Below, one piece after another: positions 11,364-23,322 of a stretch of DNA of 64,000 nucleotides. The stretch comes from Fistulifera solaris. Lineage: Eukaryota. The translations under genes were made by a program, and so were the position numbers. Position 1 is the first letter of the stretch; every line of letters starts with the position of its first letter. Under the pieces are notes generated by a model. The model was not told the DNA's origin. It did not search any database and was given only the letters and a program-made list of their open reading frames with translations. The stretch spans positions 496,001-560,000 of the forward strand of contig AP026164.1 of NCBI GenBank assembly GCA_030295235.1, read 5' to 3'.

Positions 11364-13588
11364 CTACGAAAGATGCGGCGTCAAAACAGTATTCAAGATC
11401 AGGGGAATAATCGACCCGTGCTGATGGGATGACTGGGACGAACTTCCCGTCAATACTTCGTTCGCCGTTTGACTTTTTGACTCCAGCAATGCGTCAATCT
11501 TTTCATCTAGATCAAATGCGGATATCCAGATGCTTTTCACGGGCCGCATTTGTCCGATCCGTCGTACACGATCTTCGGCTTGATTCGCTTCACCTGGAGT
11601 CCATGGTCGGTCAACAAGAACTATAGTACACGCAGCGGTGAGTGTTAAACCGACTCCACCGGCACCAAAGGTACTCACAAAGACTGGAGAGAGGCCTTTT
11701 GAAAATTATCTACCATATCTTGGCGTTTCTTCGCCGGAGTTTCTCCCGTCAACAGCTCAGCATTCCAACCCGACTCCATCAGCTTCTTGTGTATAGTCTT
11801 TGCCACTTCGACAAAACTGGTGAACACAACAATCGCGGCTTCTTGATTCAACACGGCAAGAGACAGCTCGATGGCTGCGTCTGTCTTGGCCAGAGAGCTT
11901 ACCATCCGTAACTTTTGGGTAGCTCCGAGTACAGCATCGTTTCCAACAGCCGACCTCGAATCCATATTCGCCTTGTATATTTTTGCGAGCTCATTCAAGG
12001 CTCTGTCGTGTTGAGCTTGCATTCGGCTACTGACTGGAACTTTTTTAACCAGCCGAGTCTGAGGTGGTAGCTCTTTGAGACACGTCTCTTTGGATAAATA
12101 CAGCAGATGAGACTGTGATAACTCCCTCAATTGAGAAACGTTGGATGAGCCAGTGGCAGTCCAAATAACAGGTCCATTGCCAAGGCGTATTTCTTTCCCT
12201 GCACAAAAGTGAGTCTCGTACATACGTTGATTCCTTCCTAGCGGATGGCGAACAGCTTTTAGTAGCGGAAAAAGATTCGATGGTTTGCCATTCTTCATGG
12301 GAGTTCCAGTCAACAATAAAACTCCAACACAGGATGGTGACTCCATGAGATGTAGAGCATTCTTCGTCCGCGCCGCTTGCATACTTTGCATGGTGTGTGC
12401 TTCATCTGCTACAACGACAAATTTTGATGCGTTCAATTTATCGGGAACTTTGGCCCACGAAACAATAATAACATCATTGTTGACGAAGTCGCGATCCGAT
12501 TCGCCATCCGCGACAGACAAACCGGTTGCTTCTTCCCCCGTACGTTTCCATTCTTTTTTAAGCGATACAGGGCAAATAAATACGACTTTCAACCCCTCCA
12601 TTGTACGCACAAATGACTTGGCCCATACACAGCCGATTAGAGTTTTCCCAAGGCCCATATCCAGGGCTAAAATCATTCGTCGCATCAGTATTCCGCACAG
12701 TATCGCTTTTCTCTGATGAGGAAACAGAGTCCATCCGTTCAGTAGCGGTGCCGACAGAGCAGCGTTCGAAACAAGTGTACTTCGGTAGGAATCCTCCACT
12801 GGCGCTGTCGACTTTGGATCGAATCGAAGTTGAGGGGGAAGCGAGGCTTGTCGAGGGTCTAGTACATGCTCTTCAGAGCTCGTAGAATCTTGCACTGTAG
12901 TTAATGAACAGTTACCTTTTTGTGTTTTCAATATTTGGCTTTGAGGAGGTGTGGACGCTGCTGGTTTCTTCCAAGCGTCGGGGCGTAAAGTTGTCAGTGT
13001 GTCTCGGTAGCATAGCTTTTGATGTTTTGGTAGAGGCTGAGTGCTCGAATTACTGCTTTCTTCCTGTCCTCGGGACCTCACTACCTTTGTTGGAGAGGAT
13101 GGGTTCGTACATTGAGTCGCACGACTCGTGTTTGCCAGTGAATGTTGTGTTTGATTGGGCGGAAATAAAGGATTGACAAATTCGAAGCGAGAAGATGCGG
13201 TTGAAGTTGAAGGGCTTGGGAATTCTTTCGCAGCGCGAATGTTTTGTTGTGCATGATGATAAGATGGAAGGCGGTTGACGATGTCGGAGGATCGATCGCA
13301 GCTTGCACTTGCTTGCTCTGCAACAGGATGTTGGGTTCGTTCCGTCAAACTTCCTCTAACAGTTCCCTGATTTCCATTGCTACATTCTGCAGCATCAACA
13401 AGTCGCGAAGCAGCATCCCAATCAATGTCACAATCGAATGGATCGCTCTCTGGCTGGTTATAATTGCTTGATATTAACGTTTCGGTGCGATTCACCTGAT
13501 TTTTGGGAGGAGCGTCCCATGGTCGGTTCGGTCGCTTATTCTGTGCTGATGCGCGATTCGCGTACGGATTTAAAACTCCCGGTGCCAT
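11364..13588 (-). CDS. SNF2-family helicase (SMARCAL1/HARP-like)
   Basis: LFPHQ, DMGLGKT, DEAH, LTGTP, 'GAGGVGLTLTAA' and 'QAEDRVRRIGQ'. One-A frameshift at ~11697-11700 (restores FQKGLSPVFVSTFG). ATG at 13588. Confidence 0.88.
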
Positions 13589-13998
13589 TCTTGATAGAAA
13601 CTGAACATATCTTTGTAATAAACAAGCTTTCTTGTTGCGTGAATATTGAAGAATGGGTAATGCAAGCAATTCACTTGGAAACGATATTGCGTAGTGATCG
13701 AAATCAAAAAGAGCACGCCATTAATCCGGTACTCGATAGAATAAAAAAAGTGCGTACCGGTAAGATAGCTGTAGGTGACTCTCTACTCAAAGTGAAACAC
13801 GAGTCATTCTATATGCGCTATATAGTACGCAACCCTCTCAACCCACTGGAAACTGTAAATAATAATACTGGTAAATGACCAGACGATCGGACGACAATGA
13901 TGAAATAATAGACGTAGGAAAACCGCTGTCAATGGATCCTTTTCGTGCAATCACTCTCCCATTGCCTTCTATCATACTGTAAGGAAATTCAGGTCTTC

Positions 13999-16769
13999 AT
14001 GTTGGCAGCTGCTTCTTCATCTAGAGCTACCCAAAGTAGTTCGGAAAGGAGAACGGGCATCATCACTCTGCGTTGAAAGATGAAGTGAATGTGCCCGAGT
14101 CGATGGCAGCTGCACTCGATTGTGACGACCCTGTGCAAGCTTTGCATTTGATATCTAGTCATTCGAATACTATAGCACTAGAACTCTCGGACAAACTACT
14201 GGAAGATGTTCAGACGTACAAGTTGGTTCTCCCGGATATTCTCGCGTCCACCCAACAACCCGGCCATCCGCTTCATTCGGCAATTGCCTGCTCGGAATCT
14301 GTTCGACAGTCTTTAAATAAAATTGCTTCAGGAGGCTCACAAGCTTCACAAGAAATTCGTCATTTAGAGCAAGAAAAGACCGAACTGGAGGAACATGCAA
14401 GGGCCGTTCAAATGGCACTGACGTTGCGAACGTCGTCCGACAAGGCGTTGCAGGCGATGCAAACGAATCAATTACGAGAGGCTGCGGAGGCTGTTAAGCC
14501 GTGGTTAGAATGGCATGAAGCGCACAGTCAAAGTAACGGGAAGAATACAGAATCGGCTCGGTGCCGAGCGTACGCGGGAGAGTATTGTCTCAAACAACTA
14601 TCCACGACGTATGGTCACCTCAAAGAAACGTTGTTGAAGCAATACGAAGCCGCTGTGCTCAAATCAGATCTTGCCGCACTCGGCGAGCTGACTCCAACTT
14701 TGAGTCTCGTGCAGCTGGAACCCGATGCTGTTCGCTTGTATTTGCAATTTCTGAAATCCATTATCATGGAAGACTTTCAAAAAGCGTCACAGCAGAAGAG
14801 TAAAGACCAGCGACCGCCACCCTTCGTACCCATGGCTCGAGTCTATAACGCAGCCGTTTCATGTTTGCGCCATCATCTACCCATGGTTTCACATTTTCTT
14901 TACAAAGCAGATGGCGACTCTTCCGTCGTGCAACTCGTGCACGGTGAAGTGGAACAAATCGTACTGCCGTTGTTGGAGCAATATCAAAAGGATCGGCAAC
15001 TCACGGCTGTATACAATCGCGCTCAACAAATATACGCAGCGCTGGAGGAGCGTTATACGGGTCGAGCTATAATGGATCATAAGCAAGGGACATCCGATGA
15101 TCCTACTATCGATGATGAGGAAGCAGATGATTGTAATTTTTCCGTCGCCATTGGCTCGCTGAGCGATGCCGATGCTGCCATGGAAGAAGCTGCACGATGC
15201 ATTCAATCTGCAGAATCGTATTTGCGGTTCATCCGTCACTCTGCAGATCAAATTAATGAAGCCCGGAGAATTCGCTTTGAACAGTCATGGCGAAAGAGTC
15301 AATTGGACGGAGAACGAACCAAGTGGAAAAAATCAACAAAACAAAATGAGGACGGTCATGATGGCGGCGACTCTGACGAAGATAGAACAGAATACCAACC
15401 TAGCATCATTGTTCCAGACAACACATCACTTCACACTATGATTACTGAGATAGGTGGAAAATACGCTGGGATTGAAAAATGTCTTTTGTTGGCAAGTATG
15501 CAAAGAGCCTTTGTCTCCTCTGATCTTGACCCTCGATACTACCGACCACTCTCGCTGTCGCTGGAGTCGTCTGTCGCAGCACCTGAGCGCACTCGTACTA
15601 AGGCGCTGCAAACGTCAATGGTGGACGCCTGCATGTACGCTGCCAGACACGGAGCTCAACGAGCATTTGCCACAGGTCACACGAGCACAGCTAGTGCCAT
15701 GACCAATTTTGTCTCCGATTGCTTGACTGGAGTTCTCTTGGAGGTACTGGGTCAACGAGCCGAAGAAGCAGGTGTGGCTCTTTTAAAACCAGGAGATGGT
15801 CTTCTTGTCGGTGTTGCAGGCCTTTTCAATAATGCTTCAAACTTGATTCGCCAAGGGGCCCATGCGAGCGGGGTTCGAAAAAATCAGGACGAAGAAGCTG
15901 AGAAAAGACAGAATGATATTGCGCATGCCTGTGCGACAGTAAATGATGTAGAGGTCGCAGTCGATCAGGTCCATAGACTTTCTAAGTTGCTGACTGACGC
16001 TGTTGCTCAAGGTTTTCCGCCAGGAATGCACGAGACTGAACAGCTTAGTCTGTGCGTCCAATCGCTTTCAAATGTCGTAGATAGTTTCCGGATTGCTTCG
16101 AATGGGACGGTGGAATCCCTTGAATCCGTCCTAAAGCCTCGCCTGAGGTCAATTGTGGGAGAAGCTGTAGGCAGTGAGGGTGGCACATTTATGGGATCGT
16201 CCGTAGCTGCCATGGGTGGCGCTAAGGCAAGCGATCGCGGAGCGATGGCGAGAATGAATTATAATCTAGATGAAGAAACATACAATCTTCTGCAACTTTC
16301 TGAAGGGTATGTCGCTCGGCTCTGCCATTCTCTCGATGAACTCATGGATCCGCTCCGGCAGTATCTAGCCCCGAGACTTTGGGACACGCTGTTACTTAGT
16401 GCTATGGGAACTGTGTCCAAGCGGTTAGAGACCTCGATTCGAAAATGTGAATTCACAGCTCTAGGTGCTTTGACACTGGATGCTGATGTTCGCGACATTA
16501 TCAACTTCGTGAAAGAACGTCTTTACGCTCCAGAGTACAACTCCACCGCTGCCGTTACGAAAGCCTGTCCTGCTCTTTCACGATTGTTGCAAATAGCCAA
16601 GCTGCTGTCAGTGGACGATCTGGAGGATGTTGTTGATTTGATCAGCAGCGCCAAGCGAAAAGGTAACTGGGATTTGAATTTAGATGACGCTAAATCTCTT
16701 CTGAGCTCAAGAGTTGAATTCGAGAGCTCCAAAGTCAATACATTGCTACGTCTTCCTGATAATGAATAA
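13999..16769 (+). CDS. COG4: Conserved oligomeric Golgi complex subunit 4
   Basis: Long helical protein with C-terminal 'FTALGALTLDADVRDIINF...LSRLLQIAKLLSVDDLEDV...LSSRVEF' typical of COG4. The ATG at 13999 needs one extra A at ~14046; the ORF track starts at 14073. Confidence 0.8.
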
Positions 16770-16842
16770 AGCACCGAGTCTCTTAGTCCGGATTAAATGC
16801 TATAACTGCAGTGTGAAATGGTGAAATGATAACTCATAACGT

Positions 16843-17793
16843 TTATACTTTACGTTGCTTCTGGAAACATCTCTTTAGGAACTGCAGTATCTCTTCGCCA
16901 ACCTGCTCGGGTTGTTCTAACATGACGAGGTGACTTGCTGGATCGACGACTACAAGCGTGGACATGGGGAGCTGGTCAGCAAGATGCTGTCCACATTCTA
17001 GTGGGAGAACTCTATCATCTTTCCCGTGAATAATCAGAGCAGGAACATTGCGAATCGATTGAACGTCGTCTACGGTTGCCCACTGCATGTTGCGATGATA
17101 GTTTCTTGCAAGAGACATATCATTGCGGTTGCTTCCTTTCCGCACTTCCTCACGAAGCTCCGTATGATCCGGATGGACTGACATGTTGACAAATTCGTCT
17201 GTCATGGTTTTTTGAAGGAAACGTAAAATGAAAAGGGGTAGTTTCATGATGGGGTGTCCACCATCGGAGTGAGGCAAATGAGGATTGCGGATTGACGTGC
17301 CGATGAGGACGAGGCCCCTCAAATTTGACAGCGGATTGGTTCGGAGAGTATTAAAAACAATTGTAGGACCGTACGAATGCCCAATCACGATGATGGGCAC
17401 TGTCGAATCAGTATATTTTTCCAGAATCGCAGTAAAATCTTTCGCAAGTTCCTCGTTTTGAAAGGCGGACGGTCGGGTATCTGTAGGAAGAGGCGATTGA
17501 CCGCAACCCACACAGTCGTAAAGAATGAATTTAACGCATTTCAAGGATAGAAATTCGTCGCAACGCTGCTTCAGAATATTCAAAACCAGGCCAAATTGTT
17601 GTTCCGTCGCCATCGTTCCGTGTTGAAACACGAGCTGGAGTTCAACGTTGTCTTGGGCGTTTCCTTGATATTCCTGCCTTACGAAAACGCTACGACCGGG
17701 TCGTATCTCCTGTATGCAAGCGTCCGATACATGGTTTATTGTCATGTTAAGCGGCGAAGCTAGTAATGGGGGATAGACTAGTCCATAGTCCAT
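16843..17793 (-). CDS. Alpha/beta hydrolase
   Basis: 'FQHG' oxyanion motif, 'D..GCGQS', nucleophile elbow GHSYG, 'IIHGKDDRV' and 'SHLVMLEQP'. Start placed at MDYG (17793). Confidence 0.85.
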   Translation of the reverse strand: MDYGLVYPPLLASPLNMTINHVSDACIQEIRPGRSVFVRQEYQGNAQDNVELQLVFQHGTMATEQQFGLVLNILKQRCDEFLSLKCVKFILYDCVGCGQSPLPTDTRPSAFQNEELAKDFTAILEKYTDSTVPIIVIGHSYGPTIVFNTLRTNPLSNLRGLVLIGTSIRNPHLPHSDGGHPIMKLPLFILRFLQKTMTDEFVNMSVHPDHTELREEVRKGSNRNDMSLARNYHRNMQWATVDDVQSIRNVPALIIHGKDDRVLPLECGQHLADQLPMSTLVVVDPASHLVMLEQPEQVGEEILQFLKRCFQKQRKV

Positions 17794-18303
17794 TGTCAAT
17801 TTGCTGATGTTCGAATTATCAAAATGCGTGTAATTTTTCCCTGCAACGGTACCAGTGCGACTTGTATGCATTACACGACTGATTAGTGAACGAAAGGGAC
17901 ACGTTGCTAATAAGCCTCCACTATTAACAGCAAAGTGCAAATAAAATATACTGTATTCTTTTATCTGCACGGCGTTAGATTGTTCGTCTTGTGGTGTCAA
18001 TGCATACGGCTCACAGATTTTTGTGGTCAAAAAGCCCAATAATTTTTTTCTAGCTTCTGGTTCCAGACACCAAAAGAAGACGAAATGTCACCATTCTTGC
18101 GACAATACTGCTAACGTCCGTTCGGTCGGCAAGCTTGAAAAGTTACCATTCTTTTGCATTCACTTTACAATTTCATGCAGCATTTGCAATGAACGCATCG
18201 ATTATGGATTTAAAGAGATCCTTAGACCTCGGCCTATGGAGTATGGAGGTATTTTACTGTCTTCAGCATTTCTATATTCCTGAAGTGTAGGCGACCTTTG
18301 CTG

Positions 18304-18530
18304 CCACGACTGCATTTCAGTCATGAATCAATATCATGTTGAGTGAGCCAGATTGCTACCTAACCTCCGTCAACACATTTGTCGATACTACGATGCAATT
18401 ATTGCTATTAGCATTTGCGACGTTAACCTCGATTTTCGATGACTAGGGAACCTTTGTCGTGTTCCATTACACAATTGACCCAAAACCCAAAGTGTTGTTC
18501 GTTTTCACCACGACTGCTTTTCAGTCATGA
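18304..18530 (+). repeat. Direct pair of the dispersed motif CCACGACTGCATTTCAGTCATGAA
   Basis: Copies start at 18304 and 18508. Confidence 0.85.
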
Positions 18531-18949
18531 GCGACGCACAAAAGGATGCTGCTAAGATTTCCAATAATGAAGTAATACCAAAAAAACATGGTACGTAGTA
18601 CGTACGTGGTAGACTTTGTACTCCGTACAAAGTAGTGAGCGTGCGTGCGTGCGTGCGTAAAGCTGGAATAAGTGGGAAGTAAAAGGCATCACATCTCTCT
18701 CTAGAGAGGTTGACTGACTGACCGTTCCATATCCTATCCCTGCCCTTGCGTTATAAAGGACGCACTTTTTGGTCGATGCGACGATGCGATGAGCAAAGCG
18801 CCGCAACTTCATTTATCATTTTAAAAGTGGCTGATGTCCTGGTAACATGTCTATCTTATAATCAACATGGACGATTAGCTTTTCCAGTCTAAAGAGCCTT
18901 CTTCGTCCTCTCAAGCAATATATTTCGAATCCTCGCAAGATTTTATGAT

Positions 18950-19794
18950 ATGGCCGAGAGAGATCCGTTTCACAGCGACGACGATTTTGGCGCTTCTGTA
19001 CATTCATTCGCTGATACATTCGATCTTTCACCAAAAACAATATTTGCTATATTGACGTCCATCCTTTTGCTATAATGGCTCATTGGAGATGTGAGTGATT
19101 GTGCGCTCTTTTCGGTGTGCTGATGAGTTTTCTCACGGTCTTTCTTTTGACAATGAACTTCAGCCTCTATAGAAAGTTGGTATAGAAGTCTGAGATTTCA
19201 ACTAAGGCATATAACCATAACAGAGCTCATCGTTAATTGGTGGTGGACGAATGTTGAATATGTTCAAGGAGCATGGTTTATTGGACGTGAGATTCTGCGG
19301 AATACTTTTCTGATCTTGAGGGGTAGCCCAGATTTTTCCAAACGAGATGGCGTGTATACGGACTTGACGGAGAAGCAAGATGGCTATCGGTCGTCTATGC
19401 CAGCGTTATTATATGATGAGTATCTGAAGGATGTACTCGAGCCAACCAGAAAAGAACAAGGAACAGAGACAACATTGGGCAATGGTCAACATAGACAAGA
19501 CAATCGCGCTATTACAAATATATCGGCGACAACGAAAGTACAGTTGAAGCACGAAGAAGTCGAACCTGCGTTCCGTCGCGAAAAAGGCTATCCTCCTGGT
19601 TGGTTAGTATTCCACTCGCGTTTAGGTGTTGTTCAAAGAGCCTAGCCGACGAATACGATCGGAGAAAACTTCTTTTGGTGGACGAATCACAGGGTTTGAT
19701 ACATGCCAAGGCACGTAAGGTGTGTTCATCCTTTCATGACCCACATTCGCTAGTCGTCGGCAATAACAGTCAATCATCGCTTACCGCTCATTGA
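18950..19794 (+). CDS. Spliced hypothetical membrane protein, only partly in the ORF track
   Basis: MAERDPFHSDDD...TIFAILTSIL(F)AIMAHWR, then intron 19091-19163 (GTGAGT..CTCAC..TTCAG) splices in frame to SSIESWYRSLRF...GYPPGWLVFHSRLGVV. Needs two homopolymer corrections (~19065, ~19635). Confidence 0.55.
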
Positions 19795-20873
19795 GGCTTG
19801 AGAAGTTCATTACGAGTTGATTTTTCGCCAACGACCACTTAATCTCGGCATGACGACAGGCACATTTATTTTCAAATTCATGGTTACACAGGGTTTTGGA
19901 ACTTCCACGAAAAACTAGGCTATACATCCGGACTCATTTCATAAGAAATGAGCAAGTCAGGTTCGAGACATTTAATGAGCAATACTTACTCTACAGAAGG
20001 AAGCCAATCTGTATTGCCAACATCATACATCTACTGGAAAGAATTATCATTCTTCACGAAAGTTCTTATTGTCTCATTGATAATAATTGTGATGATTCTG
20101 ACTACCATGTTTAAAGTTTCGACGACGAACGACGACTCCCTTTATCATCAGAAATTGAGTCGTAGTGGCACAGCGCTAAAGCTTACTCGCTTAGCTGCCA
20201 CGTGGTAGTCACAATGCTGAAAAATCACGCAAAGGAGTATATACTTTATATGTATACTCCTTTGAATCAAGTAAAGGATAGTACATTTTTACTTATAGTC
20301 GCGTGAACAATTGATGACGCAATACGCAATGACCTCCGAGCACCGAACGGAGAACTGAACACGGAGCAATCGTGTTCGGCGAAACGGTCCTCACTATAGC
20401 GTTATTTTGTTGATTCTGTCCCGGTGCGCTGAATGGCTGAAACCGTTACAGTGATTATTCGCTACACAATGTGCTACCGGTAGTTTGTGTACTCCGCAAC
20501 AAAATCCTATCGCTTCCCTTATACGCAGAACATCTACCGCAAATGGCGTAGAAAAGATTGACATGGCCGAACCGCTTCGAAGGTCTCGCTGCGGAACTTT
20601 TCATAATTTTCGCAGTCGTATTGAGCGAAGACTTTGTTGTTGCTATCCCACTCCACTTTACAAGCAGATATCAAGCATGCAGGTAGGTTCGACTATATTT
20701 GTTGAAATAAAATGTTTGTAAATGGCGCCTGGACGACCGGCGTTATGGATGCGGAGGCAAAGGGCTTGTAAATGCAGACCCGTTGCATTGCTTCTCTCCC
20801 GTCGCATGTTTTTAAGCCGACTCGTGAACTGTATGTTTGACAAAGTGGGGCCGACTTTGTTGCATTGCTTCTT

Positions 20874-20888
20874 TGAAGCTTCGAGAAA
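20874..20888. promoter_or_regulatory. Canonical heat-shock element nGAAnnTTCnnGAAn
   Basis: tGAAgcTTCgaGAAa directly upstream of the polyubiquitin ATG. Confidence 0.55.
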
Positions 20889-20897
20889 TTGGGCTAA

Positions 20898-21833
<936 letters not shown>

Positions 21834-23322
21834 GGCATTCGTAGATAACTCGTGCTCATGCACGTAAGTAGCGTACGATTGTCTCTGTGAAAAATTTTCA
21901 TTTTGCCATGTAGCAGTGTCTTTCGTTGTATGAACAGTGCTTATCTAATCTCATGTTGAGCATATCATGCATCAACAATTATTGCGGATCGAGAGAAAGT
22001 ACCGCTCGTTGTTGTATCTAATCAACTGACTCGAGAATTCCATGATCAGTTTAAGTGAGCTATGCTATTACAATCAAAAGATGTTTAATCGGTCGAGGAA
22101 TGCTGATAACAGCAACATCTAATGCGACTAGTATTAGTTAAAATGAGCCTTTCCTTAGGCGACCAAGTCCCTCTACCTGCACGCAAGGCTAAAGACATTA
22201 GGGCAATTCGCTTCTCGAAACCACGGTCCATAATTTCGATCAAATAGCAAATACTCCGTATTACTGTAAGACTTTGGGAACGTCAGCTGGCACCACAACA
22301 AGCGTTAAAGGGTCAACACATGCACTGATTTAGTATTCAATCATCAAACGATGAGAGAGCCTATCATTGATAGTACGGAGTGGGTAGATTTACAGCATGG
22401 ATTGGATCTTTAACGAATGGGGCGACTTTCAATCTATCTTTTAGTTGGCCTGGTTGACAAATAAACAGGGATGAGAACACACGAGGATGCCTTTTAGCTA
22501 GAATGTTGCACTTATGAAACCATCTGTCCTAGTAAACATTGCCTTCACGTAGAAAAGTCAAGAGAAAACGACTCTTCATATGGTCGAGAGAACGGTGCAA
22601 ATTTGAAAACGTTTGGTAGCCTTACCATCAAAACGCAAACCAAAAATGAACGCAGTCATACAGCTTTGCTAATGAGAAAGCATTTTAAAAAGCGTTAGGT
22701 TCATTACATGAGCGTAATGGTCGTTTGGATTTCAATATCTCCGATGTTTATTTTTCGCGTATCACTGCACGACAGGTTACCGGTACCGGTACTTGTAACG
22801 ATACTACGTAGCATCAAAATTCCATGCGTGCCAGCTGCCGTAGCTGCCAGTTACCGCAGCTGCCATATCCGGGTACCGCTTCTGTCGATGAATTTTTTAC
22901 CAGTACGACGCCTACGAGGTTTTCACGTAGACATGCGAAGCGTTGTGAAAAGTTTTTGCTTTTTGCGGTCCTTGATGACGGTTTACGCAACAGAAGCACT
23001 ACCAGGTACCTGACTCAAGACTTTAATAAGTCTTGGGTAAACTATGGTATTCGTCCACGTAAAGACTTTAGTACGATAAGAAACAACTGAGAATGGCATC
23101 ACAAGTTAGCTGCCTGAGATGACTTGAACAGCATACGAATTCTCTTTAACCTTCAGCACGTTCTTTAGGGACTGCAGTAAGGCAAATGCCCTCTCGGATT
23201 CTCGAAGTACTCTGAAGTCACAACGGGTCTCACATCTTAACTCGAATGCACCAACACTAACGTCGAACAAGTTATAATTAACTTCCAGATATGCAGTGTT
23301 GTTTCTTTATCGAATGCAGTTA

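Noticed and set aside
18639..18658. (GCGT)n microsatellite; also GATGATGGGA x3 at ~51521-51556 and poly-C at ~55423-55439
   Set aside because: Ordinary simple repeats with no further structure.
19948..20208. 86-aa ORF with one hydrophobic segment
   Set aside because: Short and AT-rich with no recognisable motif; it cannot be supported without expression data.
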